A DNA stretch of 64,000 nt from Marsupella aquatica (lineage: Eukaryota; Plantae; Marchantiophyta): NCBI GenBank assembly GCA_973895155.1, contig OZ316891.1, forward strand, positions 17,978,095 to 18,042,094, written 5' to 3'. The position numbers and the translations under genes were made by a program. The notes beneath the pieces were generated by a model. The model was not told the origin of the DNA. It made no database searches and worked only from the letters and a program-made list of their open reading frames with translations. Positions 25,801 to 39,743 of this stretch are shown piece by piece (the stretch's first letter is position 1; every line of letters starts with the position of its first letter).

Positions 25801-28800
25801 AATCTCATACCTTTGGACAGTCTCTCAAGGCATTATCTAGCACTATTCATGTCTCCACCTGCTTCATGTTTATTGTATCCTAGATATCTTGCTGTCCAGA
25901 TTGCCAGAGGATTGCCCAACTGATCCCTTCATACTCGCATTCAAAAATTCTTTGCACCTAGCATATCTGTGATTGGGCCCAGCTTTTTTATCTAACCAAT
26001 GAAGCTCGATAGGCTCTGACAGTATTACCATTTGGGAACGAATGAACTCACTCACTTGTTATTATCTGCCTCGTCTTTCTTTGCAGCCAAGCTCTCTCTT
26101 GCGGGAGGTACTTCTTCTTTCTCCCTCTTTGCTTTCAACGTGGTTATTCTCTATTAGGTTTTGTTGACTGGTCTGTTCTATGTTCCTGTCTCTATATTAG
26201 AGCTTCGTGGAGATTGGTAGTTTCCTGAGTTTTTATTTTATGTGTCTTTAGCGAGATACACTGAGCATCTGACAAAGTCCTATGTTCGAGTTTGCAGGAT
26301 CGTTACAGGAGGTTTTGCAAATGAACGATGTTTTGGCGCGAGTTTATCTCGCACGTCTCTGTTATATATTATGCAGTGCTCCTGCCATTGATGGTAAGCC
26401 GCAGTCAGCAACCGCCAAACGTGTATAAATTCATCATTCGGAAATGTCGTTTTACTCTAGGCAAACTTGTGAATGAACTTCAGTAACAAGAACTCGTACT
26501 TAAGTTCCTTACTTGGTTGTGTAGAGAAGCCAGACTTAAAATCTCACTTCAGAACTATTCTTTATCAACTTCTTTTGGATCCAAGCGAAAGGGTATGCTT
26601 TGAAGCCATAATGTGCATTCTTGGGAAGGTCGAAGGGAATGAAAGGTACGACAGATGCTTGTTGACATAGTCTGGCAGACTTGACTGTTCGTACTTCGTT
26701 CTCCATGTGACGTTCCGTACTTTAATTTTTCCGTCGTGGTTTCACTTACATGAAAAAGGAATCCCTTGTATAGATTTGTATACAATGGATGTAGTACTCG
26801 TCCCCCTGAAAAGAGCAGAATATTTGAAGGGTTGATCTTCCTTGTAATTTAACCTTGCTCGTTTGCAACCTGCAGCACAGAAGTGCGTGCAAGGGGTTGG
26901 GCACATTTGATAACAGCAATTTTGAAGTTTCCTGAACCACCTCCAATCCCAAAGAAGGATGGATCAAAAGATGCAGCAAAAGATGGGACTGTCGTTGAGT
27001 CTAAGGATGGTGTTCCTCCTAGAGTTCCTAAAGAACGGCAGGCACCTCGCCAGCGTCGTCCTCAACCTCTCATCAAGTTGGTCATGAGAAGGTTGGAGAG
27101 CATTCAATAATTTTGTTTTGGCTGTGTTGCACAATGTTAGGAATTTGATTGTTTTTCATGGATTACTTAACTTCTATATGTAATTCATCACGGAGAATCA
27201 TCACCTGAAATTGGACGAGTCGTGCTTGTTTATAATGTGTCACAGACTCTCTATGCATGTCAAAATGCGTGTGCATGGTTTTCGTCGTTCTTTCGGACTA
27301 GTGGAAATGTAAATCGCAAGGAACTGAATCAGTCAACTAAGTGCTAAAGGAGATTGGTCAAGAATCCCAATATTTTGATTTTTGATTGCTCATCCCAGTG
27401 ATCTTGGTTCACGTCTGATTTAAAAATCGTTGTAGGTTACTAGATCTTGTAGCCTTTATCGGTTATGTGATTCGTGTCTCGAGTCAGCCTGCCAGGTCTA
27501 TGCTGTTGATAATTTTTGTTCTGGGTTCGTTTGAACAGGAGAGGTAAGTGAGTCTGCATATGTGATTTGCTTTTCTCACATAATTGTTTGGGTTCACAGG
27601 ATGGAGTCAGCGTTAAGAAGCAACTCAAGGCCAGTCCTTCATGGGGCAGTAAGGGTTGTGCAAGAGATAGGAAAGAGCCGTGCAGCAGCTTTTGCTGTTG
27701 GCCTTCGAATAGATGAAGATGCTCAGGCAGATACGGGTGACTATGAAGATGACTATGAAGGTAGGTGCATATCCTATACTTCGTGAAATAGTTTGTGGTC
27801 TTACGCCTTCTTAGATGTTGAGAACATGGATCTATAACTCTTTTCAATGTCTGTACAGGCTCTAGGGCAAGAATGAGTTCGATTCCCTCCCAAATATCTT
27901 CTATGGGTGGAAAAGAAACAATAGCAAGCATGCTGTCATCACTGATGGAAGGAGTGCGAATCACGGTGGCCTGTGAATGTGTTTACGTCCGAGCTGCAGT
28001 TATTAAATCCATGATCTGGATGCTCTCTCCCTACGAGTCAGTTGATGAGCTGAAGTCCATCATAGCCGGAGAGCTTGTAGATCCAGTTTGGCCTGCCTCG
28101 TTATTGAATGACATCCTTTTGACTCTACATGCCCGTTTCAAGGTTTGTCATTTATCACTTCTCTATCATTTCGATTTTCCGGTAGTAACAAATAGTTAGG
28201 TGACGTGGGGTCGTAATTTAGTTCTCTGTATCAGACGGACATATGCCATTTATCATTTATCACTTCTCTATCATTTCGAATTTCTTTGTAAGTAACAATG
28301 ATGTAGGAGTTGTGGGGTTCAATTTAGCTCAAAGTTCTCTGCCATCTGACGGACATTATTGCCATTGCAAGGTTCCCAATTTGATGTGTGCATGTGCATA
28401 TCATCTGCATGGCAGAATTGATTGAATTCTGTGTTTTCTGTAAAACTCCAGGCAACACCTGAGATGGCAGTCATTTTACTCGATATTTCGAGGCTCTTTG
28501 CTACGAAAGTTCCAGGGAAGATCGATTCAGATGTTCTTCAGCTTCTTTGGAAGGTGGGATTTTGAAGTCGCTTTCTAAAAACTCCTTCCACTCGAGAGAC
28601 TAACCTAATCGTGTGGTCTTTGCCAGACCCTGGTCCGAAATTTTTGCTTGCTTCTGGGTCCTGTGTTATAGTGTATGCCCTTTCTCAGTGTAAGAGAATA
28701 TGGGTAATGATGAAACAAATTCCCAAAAAGATTGAAAGCAGCTTACGCCTAAGTAGTGCGTAAAGTTGACGTGGAACAGAACATCAAAATGCTCGAATGG

Positions 28801-31800
28801 AGGAGATTTAACCCGGTATTGGTTGCCCTGACAGACATGTCTGATAGGTAGTGGAGCAGAGGGTAAGCACAGAGCTCTCGAGGCAGTGACTATTGTTTTG
28901 GACCTCCCTCCACCCCCTCCTACTGCAATGGCTGGGTATGGAAGATCCTCTGCAACGGATCCAAAGTCGGCGCTTGCTCTTCAGCGGCTGATCCAAGCAG
29001 CTGTATGATATCCCCGCCTTTTTTCTGTCGCAAATTTGTTTTCTACGTTCTTAACCCCCATCTTTCCCTGCATTAATGTCCTAGTCCTCTACCCCGTAAC
29101 ACTGTTTGGGCATGTATTTGTGGCGTTCCGTTTTTTGTCCTCATCTGTGTTTGCTGTCCGATGTTGCGTGCATGCCTTGCAGTCTCGACCCACTGTGCAC
29201 CAGCGTCATATCTCGCCCAAAGCAATTTGACTTGAACATCACTCTCTCCAAATGAATGTTGTGTGCAGGTTTGGTTCTTGGGTGAGAATGCCAATTATGC
29301 AGCCTCAGAATATGCCTGGGATACATCAACTCCCCCAGCAGCTGGTCTGTTGATGCTTGACTCAGACAAAATGGTTGCTGCTGCAAATTCAAGAAACCCT
29401 ACCCTTGCAGGAGCACTCACACGCCTTCAACGGTGTGCGTTCAGTGGAAGTTGGGAGGTAATTTCTTTCATGTGGACAATGGGGACAACGCCGTGAATGT
29501 TTGCAAACTCAAAATTTGGGCAATTCCTTCGGACCCGGTGTGCTGGCGTTACAATTAGCTACGATTCAGTGGCCATTTGCACATCTTGATAGATAATGTT
29601 ATGCCATCGTTTTTGGGCTGTACTAACAAAACAGTTATGTTTTGCAGGTACGAATAGTTGCTGCTCAAGCCTTGATAACTGTTGCAATCAGATCAGGCGA
29701 GCCATACAGGTTGCAGATATATGACTTCTTGCATGCATTAGCTAGGGGAGGTACTAGAGAAAGAATATCAGATCTGGCCGCGAACAATGGTGAAGACCAA
29801 GGGGCGAGTGGGACAGGCTTAAGTTCCATCATCTCTTCAATGCTGAAGGTTTTGGATGAGATGTACAAAGCTCAGGATCAACTTATCAAGTAAGTAGCAT
29901 GTACTGAAGGCAAAGGTATCCAATATTGAGTACTTTTGGCTGCTATTTGGTTTATCGGAAAACAGAAACAATCAATGTTGAAATTTGCCGGTGTTTTCTT
30001 GTTCTATTTGATCTCGACTCTGATGTACTCATTGCATTGCTATTGCGTATGGATAAGTCACCGGATTTATCTTAGTAGAATTCCGGGGGTGTAATCCAGA
30101 CCGCTCTACTTGAGGGTCAACCTAGTGACGAGCGCCTTTTGTATACTAGGAAGGTACGAGTACGAATTTTTGCCTTTTGACACTTGATAACCAGCCTGCT
30201 ACGTTGCCTCTCTCAAAGGTGTAATGTACTGGTTTTTCCAGGGATATGAGATATCATGATAATAGGAAGGAGGAATGGACTGACGATGAATTGAAGAAAC
30301 TTTTTGAGACTCACGAACGACTTCTTGATCTTTGTTCCCTCTTCTGTTTTGTTCCTCGATCGAAGTATCTGCCAGTTGGGCCAACAAGGTGCGTCCAGTC
30401 TTAATTGCGACCATCTGAGGGATGCCGTTGAAATTAGTTGTGGAGATATGAAAAAAACTTCTCGAGGAAACTGTTGGGTTCTTATCCGCAGTTCATAGTG
30501 TTGATCTTCTGACGTTGGTTATGTGCAGTGCATATCTACTGAACATATATCGCAAACGACATCGGATTGATGTTTCCATGGGGCTTGATGATCCAGCAGT
30601 CGCAACAGGAATATCCGACCTACTGGATATTCCTAAAGCTTCAGCTGGAGGGCTTGACTATCCCCCTCTGTATGCTGAGCCAGCCCAAACGGCAAATTCG
30701 CCAGAGGATGAGAATGATGAAAGAGAGTATAATGAATATCATGACTTTAAGTGGAATACTGCTGGGCAAGAAGCGGTAAGAGGGGTCTCAAGCATAACGT
30801 TTAGGGTTATGACTCGTTCTTTAAGGCTTGCCAATGCAATAATTGTTCTCTGACTCTTCTTGGGTACGTGACGTGGCTTTCAGGTGAATGAGTTTCTTGG
30901 AGGTGGTGGAACAGATGCTCCGGAGGCTGATGATTCAGATGAAGACGATGACAGTGTTGCACGCCAATCTGTAACTTATGACGACATCTTCAGTAAGGGT
31001 CTTGTAGAGACGTCAGATGTGGAGGTATGTTGAGATGGGAATGAGTGCATCAATGGTTGTGAAACCGTGCCGAGGTTACTAGACATATCAATAGATTACG
31101 GCTGACGAAGTTTTTAAAGGTTTGTCTGGACGGCAATATTGCTTTGGCAGGATGAACGTTCTTCAGGAGCCTCATCGCCAGAATCAACATATTCATTAAA
31201 AGGATACGGCAGCAATAGATACGCGTCTCTCTTCGCACCTTCATCTGGTCAAAACACTCGTCGGGTGGGTGGTACAAACAGACCCCGTCCCTGTTGTTAG
31301 CGGAAATATCTACTTCGCTATTGTACTTTAGATTCCATGTTGACAGTATGTGCAATTGGAGTTGGTGTGCTGACGATCTCTTGGACTTGGCATTTCTTTA
31401 AGCGGAGAATCCCTTAATGAACAGGCGCAGCATGCATTTTCTCAAAACATCAATAATGATTAATCTCTTACAGCACCAAAGACATACCCGAACATTGGCT
31501 CCCATGCCTTCCGTTCTTTTCTCTTACAGGTGGAAATTTAGGGTCTGCATGAATTAGATCCCTTTCATGCAATTTTAAATATTCCAATGAACACCAATAA
31601 ATTGCAGCTGCGTTGAGATCCAAAATATAGTCGATCTTCTTCGGAACTCTAGGCTTACATCTTCTAAAATTCGTACTGTTGTACCTTTCCCTGACTTTGG
31701 TATCCCTACTTATTTGCATTGATGTGTTCTATGTTCAGGATGAAAAGCCTTCAAGAGCAGCATCCACTTTGCGGGATTCCCTCTCAAAAACTGGCTCACC

Positions 31801-32599
31801 CTCATCTTCCGTAGTAAGATGCGAAAGTCTCAGACCCTTGTGCCAGAAATCCGCCTGTGGTCCAAATTCTGTTATTCCCAGCTTTTGCACTCATCTCAGT
31901 CAGTTTTTATTTCAGTACTTGCAAGGTCAATTATTTTCCTCAATTGTGTTGACATGGAGGTTTTCGTCTGCAGAGAATATCAGGATGGAAGCAAGAAGAA
32001 CTTTCCAACATATCCAGAACAGGCTCATTCAACGATGAGTCTGCTCAAAGTACAGGAGATGGTGACAATCTCGATGATGACATCCAGCCAGGGAGGGCAC
32101 TGTATGATTTTACGGCCGGTGGGGATGAAGAGGTAAGCGTCCAGACCAAAAGTGAAGTACTGTTAAAAAGTCTCTGATTTTCACTAGAGAGAACTTTGAC
32201 CAACCTCTGTTCTATGACAGGTGAGCGTTGCTGCCGGAGATGAATTGGAAATAGAGTACGAAGTCGATGGGTGGTACTTCGTAAGTACCAGTTTGACTTA
32301 TAAATCCCTTGTTTGAGATTGGTGTTGATTGATCGGTCGCCGTCAACCTCTCAGCTCGGCTTGTATGCTCAGCGCCCCTCCTCGGATGTGTTTTAGAAGC
32401 GTGCAGTGGATATGATTTTGGAAAATTTTCATAGTTTCCTGGTCGACTTGTATCCTTGCTAGTCCAGGGTTAGTAACTTCTCCCAAGCATGTGGAATGAA
32501 TTTTGTTATCGCCTTCATGTGCAGGTGGTGAAGAAAGTTCCTGGCCCAGATGGCAAAGCTAGTGGACTTGTTCCTGTTCTGTACGTCAGTGCCTTCTAG
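22827..32599 (+). CDS. TASH3: TASH3, TPLATE/TSET complex large subunit with C-terminal SH3 domain (multi-exon, >20 exons)
   Basis: Exons encode SLMDLISADP, PLTYSQLAR, VFPKLAVYNSVDPSL, LLLDPSERVCFEA, VWFLGENANYAASEYAW..MLDSDKMVAAANSRNPTLAGALTRLQRCAFSGSWEVRI, and SH3 ALYDFTAGGDEE..EYEVDGWYFV..GLVPVLYV. GT-AG junctions that I checked are in frame, e.g. exons 22827-23108, 23373-23432, 23633-23725, 24123-24351, 24435-24541. ATG 22827, TAG 32597-32599. Confidence 0.95.
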
Positions 32600-33515
32600 A
32601 TTAACAGCTGTCACAGTATCTGTGTGCAATGACCATCACCTACGGGCTACTGTGCACCCACACTACCGTTTAGCTGCAAGTTTTTCTAACCTGCTGGAAA
32701 GCGTCCACCGAAATGTGATGGTGCTATAAATTACAAGAATCTGTTTGAGCTTTATCCACGCACTGAGGATTGAAGGAAGTCATTAGCAGCAGCTGCAAGG
32801 AATGATGGCATGTTGAGTAATGTCCATTTGGCCATGTGTCCAAGAATTGATGTCGGTCTAATCAATTTGCTCCGCTGTTCCCTTCTCAGTACAAGTCTGC
32901 GAGACCAAAGTAGAGGGCAGGGCGGGAGTGCCTGACAAAAGAACGTTTTGGAATTTCTAAAAAATGGAGCCTGGAATTCTTGGTGAAACCCAGTTTTACC
33001 TACCTTAGAAACCAAGCTGGGGCTCAGGTTGCGGTGTTGATCACATAATAGCATTTGTGCCGTGTACCATGGCCCAAGATGAACGAAGAAGGATGGTCAA
33101 TCACCATGGCGCAATACTGTAATATTAATACTCATTGCGTATACCTCTTACAACTGAACCTTTTGTTGCAAGTAAAAGCATCAAATGACGGTCCTCGATA
33201 CCACAGTGAAGTGTAAGGTTCCACAATAGGAGGGACTCGTCTTTTCTTATAGTAGATTACATTTTTGATTGCAAATAGTGCAGAATCGTATTTCAGTACT
33301 TTGTACAACAACATATAAATTGTGATTTCTAACTGCACCATAGTAGATGTTGCGAGACATTCACTCCTGACTTACGGCTAGACCATCTTGTGGTGTGGTT
33401 GGGCTAACTAAGTCTATTAGTTGGTTTGCATTTGAGTGGGGGTTATATATGAGCGGATATGACGGACCTCTCTTCATGGCTTTTGAGATACTGCAAGTGT
33501 CACACGTAGGTACGC

Positions 33516-33587
33516 CAGACATCCCATTCTTTGCTCTTTGAGTTGATTATCAGACATCCCATTCTTTGCTCTTTGAGTTGATTATCA
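33516..33587. repeat. 35-bp perfect tandem duplication
   Basis: cagacatcccattctttgctctttgagttgattat occurs twice. Confidence 0.9.
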
Positions 33588-35383
33588 TTTCCTTACAGTA
33601 TATTATGTCTTCAACTTTTATTGACCTGCCCCCCAAATTCATTGAATTTACTAAGGTGTCCCCAAAATAATTTTATTTACTAACCTGACCCTTTTCTGAT
33701 ATGGGTTATTATTGTCTCTGGGTATAATGAAGAAGACAGGAAATAGGTAAACAAGATTTTTTTTTTCTATTTTTAATATATTGTTATCAAAAAAAATTCA
33801 CTATTATAAAAAAAAATGACAATTTAAAAATGTTTCTTAAAATATATTATTTTCAAAAAAATTTAACAATGTAACATTTTTGGCTAGCTTTGAACACTAA
33901 GCAAAAAAACTAGTAGATCTAAAAAAAAATACTTCTTTTCTCAAAACAAAAAAATCAAAAAAAAATTACACCCATTTTTCTGTTACCAATTTTTTTCCTA
34001 TTACCAGTTTTTGTTATTAACTCTTGTTTTCTGTTTTTTGTAAACACCTCATCCGGGCTATCTATCTAATGTTGATGAGAGGCCTTTGCGCAGACTATCA
34101 AGGAGGTCCACTGACTCAGGCCCGTCTCAGTTTGAGATGACACCAATGCAGCTAGATATCTATAATCAGCGTCTTGAAACCGACAGTCCATCACCTAAAG
34201 TCACCCCCTCCAAACGGCAAACCAGGTCAAGTCCTGTCCCACCTATACACATCCTCCATAGTCCACTACCTGAATCCAATATCGGCATTTGAGTGACTCG
34301 GTCAAGAAGGTTAAGCGGATCCAATCAAATTTGACCGATTGATTCGGATGTTGAAATTGTTCACATTCCTGAGAGCCCATTCAAACAGAAGACGTTTGAA
34401 GATGCTCTCGATGAAGCGGAGCTCACCCCCTTGGGTCGTCGAAAGAGATTCATTCCAGATCCAACCCCGTTGAAGCGTCAAACCAGCACCAATCACACAA
34501 CTGCTGATGCGTATTCCGTCAAGATTCTTGACACTCCTCCTCCATAGACGAGAACCAGACCTCAGACAGATGTCCGTGGAGGAGATTCAGATGTGGACAT
34601 TCTTGAGAACACGACTGGTCGACCAGGGACTCCCAGGGAACGTCCACATTCCGCTCCTGTGGTAATTGAGGTGGACGTCCAACCGCGTACCTGGCATATC
34701 CGTCGCATTTCGACAACTGGTTCAAGTCCTGGATGTCGAGGTGCATATAGAGGTAAGGAACGAAGTGTGTGCGGTACCTTCATTCGACAAGTGGGACTTC
34801 CTCAACCTAGACGTGGGGTTGTTGCGCTTTGCTTCATAGGTACAAGCAAATTCCACACCTGCCCATTTCCGAACAACAAATGTTGCCAAAAGTCTGGACA
34901 GCCAAATGCCACAGGAAGCCTCCCCCCACTCCCAGAGGTCCTCCCAGTCATTTGCGGAACATCCCTAGCAAAAGAGGAGATCGATTTCCTACAACAGAAT
35001 GGAGTTCGAGTTCTAACTTTAGCACAAAATGCTCACTGGCGACCATTCGATCAAATCTTGAACTTTCCAGTCACTCCCGGTGATGTTGTGATTAACCTTG
35101 ATAGTTATCCCGAACACATTCATCACTCGTATCCAGATGAGAGACTAAAAACCAGGAATGGGCACACTCGGCATCGAAGAGGAGTCCCCTCGACTGATGG
35201 TCGAAAAAGGATGAATTCAGCAAAGAAAGAAGTGATGTCCTATGATTCAGTACTTCAGGTTCGAGATGGGAATGCCACAGGACTCTGCGCAACAGTCTTG
35301 ACTCGACAGGGTCAGCGGACACAAGGGATCCATCTTGTTCAGATTTGTGTCTTCCCCTCTTGTTCTTGTATCAATTTCACAAC

Positions 35384-35461
35384 CTTGATGGAGTTAGTTT
35401 CGATGATCCCGCTACTGTGAAGAAATACGCAAGACGTGCTCAATCAGGTGAAATTTTCGAA
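35384..35461 (+). pseudogene. psbB: Plastid psbB fragment
   Basis: [26 protein letters not shown] (CP47 motif [19 protein letters not shown]). Confidence 0.92.
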
Positions 35462-35571
35462 CCCATCCTACCTTTTCTACATTTACAACTCACTCATGTC
35501 TCAGTAGATTTTTTTAGTGGCATGTTCTAGTCCTCTTTCCCATTGTTGGGGAATGGTTACTTCAACAATTC

Positions 35572-35628
35572 GGGCAGAACCTATTGAAATAAGATATAAA
35601 CCCTTTGGAAACTTTTCAAAAATTTATG
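35572..35628 (+). pseudogene. rpoC1: Plastid rpoC1 C-terminal fragment
   Basis: EPIEIRYKPFGNFSKIY resembles the rpoC1 PIEIQYxSxG..xIY segment; short. Confidence 0.55.
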
Positions 35629-35965
35629 CAAAAGAATGCCCCCTCCTAGCTCACAAAAAAGGCCTCACAAAACGGCAGCAGCGGTACCGCAAATCTGCAC
35701 ATTTTGTACAACACCAGCAACAACAACAACAGAGGCAACGTCACAGTCACTACCCGTGTCCCTCCATCGCTCCGCAGAAGTACTACTGTAAGTTGTCGTC
35801 GACGAGGAAGAAACAACAATCGAACAAAGTGAAAACGGATTGCGATTCCCCTCGACGCAAACAATCCAATCCTGCTAGCCGCTCTGCTAAAGATAATAAA
35901 AATTTTAACTTTTTCTACCAAATCTTGAAATTGTAAAATAATTCTGTTTCGGAAGTAGCAGCAGT

Positions 35966-36063
35966 TTAAAAGGTTAACCTATTCGGGAATCTCCGGATCT
36001 ATACTTATTTTCAGCTCCCTGAAGCATTTTGTCGCTTGCTATGCCCTTCCTCGTCTCTGGGTG
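35966..36063 (-). rRNA. rrn23: Plastid 23S rRNA 5'-region fragment (non-functional)
   Basis: Reverse complement reads cacccagagacgaggaagggc...gatccggagattcccgaataggttaacc. Confidence 0.9.
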
Positions 36064-36103
36064 TTAGAACTTAATTTTGCTGCTCTTTCCAATAGACGAG
36101 AAT
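36064..36103 (-). pseudogene. atpA: Plastid atpA fragment
   Basis: Minus strand [12 protein letters not shown]. Confidence 0.85.
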
Positions 36104-36197
36104 CCCCATTGATCATCCCCATGGGGGTGGCGAAGGAAGAGTACCAATCGGTCATAAAAAACCACTAACACCTTGGTGTCATCCCGCACTTGGAAAA
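36104..36197 (+). pseudogene. rpl2: Plastid rpl2 C-terminal fragment
   Basis: [30 protein letters not shown]. Confidence 0.92.
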
Positions 36198-36265
36198 AGT
36201 TTGATTATGTTTATTGGTAAAAGACTCATAAGTATTTTAATGATGTTGACCCTTGGGATGATCAG

Positions 36266-36318
36266 TATATTTTAATCCTTCACCCCCGAAAAAACTTAAA
36301 ATACCTGCTCCATTTACA
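36266..36318 (-). pseudogene. ndhF: Plastid ndhF fragment
   Basis: Minus strand [17 protein letters not shown]. Confidence 0.75.
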
Positions 36319-36342
36319 ATCCCGTGACCCGATGACGGGAAA

Positions 36343-36352
36343 GTCAGCGACT

Positions 36353-36435
<83 letters not shown>
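36343..36435 (+). rRNA. rrn23: Plastid 23S rRNA domain IV fragment
   Basis: gtaaacggcggccgtaactataacggtcctaaggtagcgaaattccttgtcgggtaagttccgacccgcacgaa is highly conserved in bacterial-type LSU rRNA. Confidence 0.95.
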
Positions 36436-36494
36436 GTCTGTTTAGGGTTCCAAACTAAGTTATGGCAACTAAACAAGAGGTTTTAGAGGAAAAT

Positions 36495-36570
36495 ATGGAG
36501 ATTTTTGTACTCCCCGAATTTGGAAAAATACAATTCGAAGGATTTAATCGTTTTATTAATAAAGGATTTA
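36495..36570 (+). pseudogene. rpoB: Plastid rpoB 5' fragment
   Basis: MEIFVLPEFGKIQFEGFNRFINKG, a liverwort-like RpoB N-terminus. Confidence 0.88.
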
Positions 36571-36599
36571 ATCTTGTTATGTTGCCAATTCCATACCAA

Positions 36600-36660
36600 A
36601 GATTGGCTTTGGGTTCTTCTTGCGCAGCTTAGGTGGAAGGCAAAGAAAGCCTCCTCCGGG
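36600..36660 (+). rRNA. rrn23: Third plastid 23S rRNA fragment
   Basis: gattggctttggg...tgcgcagcttaggtggaaggc. Confidence 0.8.
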
Positions 36661-36704
36661 CCTCTAACCTAATGGATAGAGGCCTAAGGGCTTTGTCTGA
36701 ATAA

Positions 36705-37114
<410 letters not shown>

Positions 37115-37332
37115 AAAATTATTCTCCTGGAATAAAGAGGGAGTAAAAAGGTTCATAATTGAAAACTTAGGTTTAGGATAGAAAAATATAATGATGGTTA
37201 TTATTTTTTTGATTCAAATAAGAATCCGATAACAAACAATTTTTTACAATCAGATGGAAAATTTGAACATAATAATATTATTATGAGTCAAATACAAAAA
37301 TATCCCTTGATTTTTGATAAAAATAGAATTGT

Positions 37333-37550
37333 ATGGATTTTCTGATAAATGAGAAAAATATTTTCTTCAAATATAATCTTTTATTATGGTTTATACCCGA
37401 ATTCATCGAACGTAGAAATAAATATAAATACAAAAAGCTATTGGATTTAAATACTTTCGTTGTTAGACACAAAAATTTGAAAATATTTCGGAATAAGGAA
37501 CTGCTTATAGAGAGAGAAGTAAATCAATCTATTCGTCAATGGAGATGGAA
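37333..37550 (+). pseudogene. ycf1: Plastid ycf1 fragment
   Basis: FFKYNLLLWFIPEFIE...EREVNQSIRQWRWK; very AT-rich. Confidence 0.75.
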
Positions 37551-37559
37551 AATTGAACC

Positions 37560-37652
37560 ATGCAAAATAGAAAATTGAATAACTTAATTATAAAATGGGT
37601 GACTCGATCGATTTCCTTAATAAGTATTATAAATATATTGGTTTGGCCATCT
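37560..37652 (+). pseudogene. petA: Plastid petA 5' fragment (signal peptide)
   Basis: MQNRKLNNLIIKWVTRSISLISIINILVWPS. Confidence 0.8.
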
Positions 37653-37851
37653 GTTTCGGACCAAAAAACCTAATGAACCGGCCCGACACACTATAAACAA
37701 AACTTGGGATTGCCTAGGGTCACTTCCGGTAACCTGGCTAGCTAGGAAAATACAAATAGTTACCATCCTTTGTGTCAGAACCGAGGAGGGGAGGGCAACG
37801 GGGGACTCGTAGTAACGTCATCTTTTTGGAACCTCCCAAGGAGCCGGTACC

Positions 37852-38026
<175 letters not shown>

Positions 38027-38119
38027 TAACTTTTAAGTCAGTCGGTCATTCCCGCTTACGTGAACAAATAATTCAAACCGCACTCAAAGGTAGGGTATTT
38101 CCAATTGATATAGGAGATG

Positions 38120-38225
38120 TTGGACCAGAAATAATATTGTCCCCTATTTTGATTCCACGGGGACATAATATATATTTTTTTGTACCATCCTCATAATAGG
38201 TCATACAAATATAAGCATTGCGATT
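38120..38225 (-). pseudogene. rpl2: Second plastid rpl2 fragment
   Basis: Minus strand [32 protein letters not shown]. Confidence 0.85.
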
Positions 38226-38237
38226 CTTTTCAAAAAG

Positions 38238-38277
38238 ATTCACGGCATGTCAAGCCCTGGTAAGGTTCTTCGCGTTG

Positions 38278-38319
<42 letters not shown>

Positions 38320-38346
38320 ATCAATTCCTTTGAGTTTCATTCTTGC
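38238..38346 (-). rRNA. rrn16: Plastid 16S rRNA fragment
   Basis: Reverse complement of gaaactcaaaggaattga.gggggcccgcacaagcggtggagcatgtggtttaattcgatgcaacgcgaagaaccttaccagggcttgacatg. Confidence 0.95.
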
Positions 38347-38351
38347 AAAGT

Positions 38352-38485
<134 letters not shown>

Positions 38486-39188
38486 TCATTTGAATAATAT
38501 TTATTCATGATAACACATTTCATCTTATTGTGAGCCAAATATTTCTAGCTACTTATCACGATCTAACGACTTGGTAACTTTCCTCACCGAAGTTCTCCCA
38601 GAAAAAACTTGCCATTGGCGAGCGAAATGAAGGATAACAAGGCGGGGGAGTCCTCTTCGGGACCCTACTACCCATGCAAACATCTCTACTGGTGCTTTTG
38701 GAAACTCTGTGGATGCGACTTGGATCGGAATGATTTAATTCATCAATCCATTTTGACTTTGAGTGAGGTGTCTACTCTACTGTCATCTGTCCGTTGGACA
38801 GGAGATGTTTAGGCACACAATTCATACTCAGAGGGGCCGCTGAATTTTATTGAGAATTCCTTCAGCAAGCCTCGCCGAGCTCTTGCCTAGATTTTGTCAT
38901 TGTCAGCAAGACATCATATGGGATTTTGATGAGTGACGTTGCAGACCCGTACTTATCCCTCGTGCATTCATTTCTGAATGTTGTTCTGAATGTTGCTCGC
39001 TTTGGAGGAGACTCATTGAGAGTCATGAGGCTCAGATATTTGGTTACTATTTCACAATCGACATTCGGAATAGCGGGACTCTCTTACAAATGGATGTTGT
39101 GGAGAAGAAGAGACCAGAGATCGATAATACCCGATATAAACTTCGATTAGAATTGTAGACAATTCTTCCGAGAGAACATGAGCAGCGT

Positions 39189-39743
39189 GTGAGGATATGG
39201 AATCCACCGGTATCTTGTTATCCGCTCCGATGTCGGCCTCCTCCAGGTCCGCTGATTCCTAGGCTACCGGATGATCTTGTTGAGTTGCATATTTGGCCGA
39301 AAGTCCTATGGATCCTCAAAGATGTAGTGAATGTTGATGATTCTGGATTGAAAATCATCGCGGAGACAGTTCGAACGAGTGCGCATATCAATAGGAAATG
39401 GAGACATTTGGCAACCAACTCTAAACCGTGGGCAGCAATGGTTTGAGCGGTGATATGGTGTGAGAGGAGATGGCCTTATGATACTCCTTACTTCTATGGA
39501 GAAATGGTCAAAGCTTTTCTGCCAATTGATATATGGAGTCAGCTACCCTCAAGCATGCTCATGCATTGGCTTGACGCTTGGTTGTTCTGTGAGTCCAACG
39601 AGGTCGATGAGTACCTCGACATTTTTCCTATTGAAGGCAAGAGAGTCGAGACTTGGAAGAAGACTCGTATGGATAAATTTTACTATGATCTTGGGGTTGA
39701 ATATGTACGTAATGTGGGTTCGAGCAGTTATGTCATTTGTTGA
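39189..39743 (+). pseudogene. F-box-like intronless ORF with an internal stop
   Basis: LIPRLPDDLVELHIWPKV...AHINRKWRHL...W. The in-frame TGA at 39444-39446 separates two ORFs. Confidence 0.55.

Noticed and set aside
36376-36401. I-CeuI homing endonuclease site (TAACTATAACGGTCCTAAGGTAGCGA) suggesting vector sequence
   Set aside because: It is the natural 23S rRNA sequence and is embedded in a longer rrn23 fragment.
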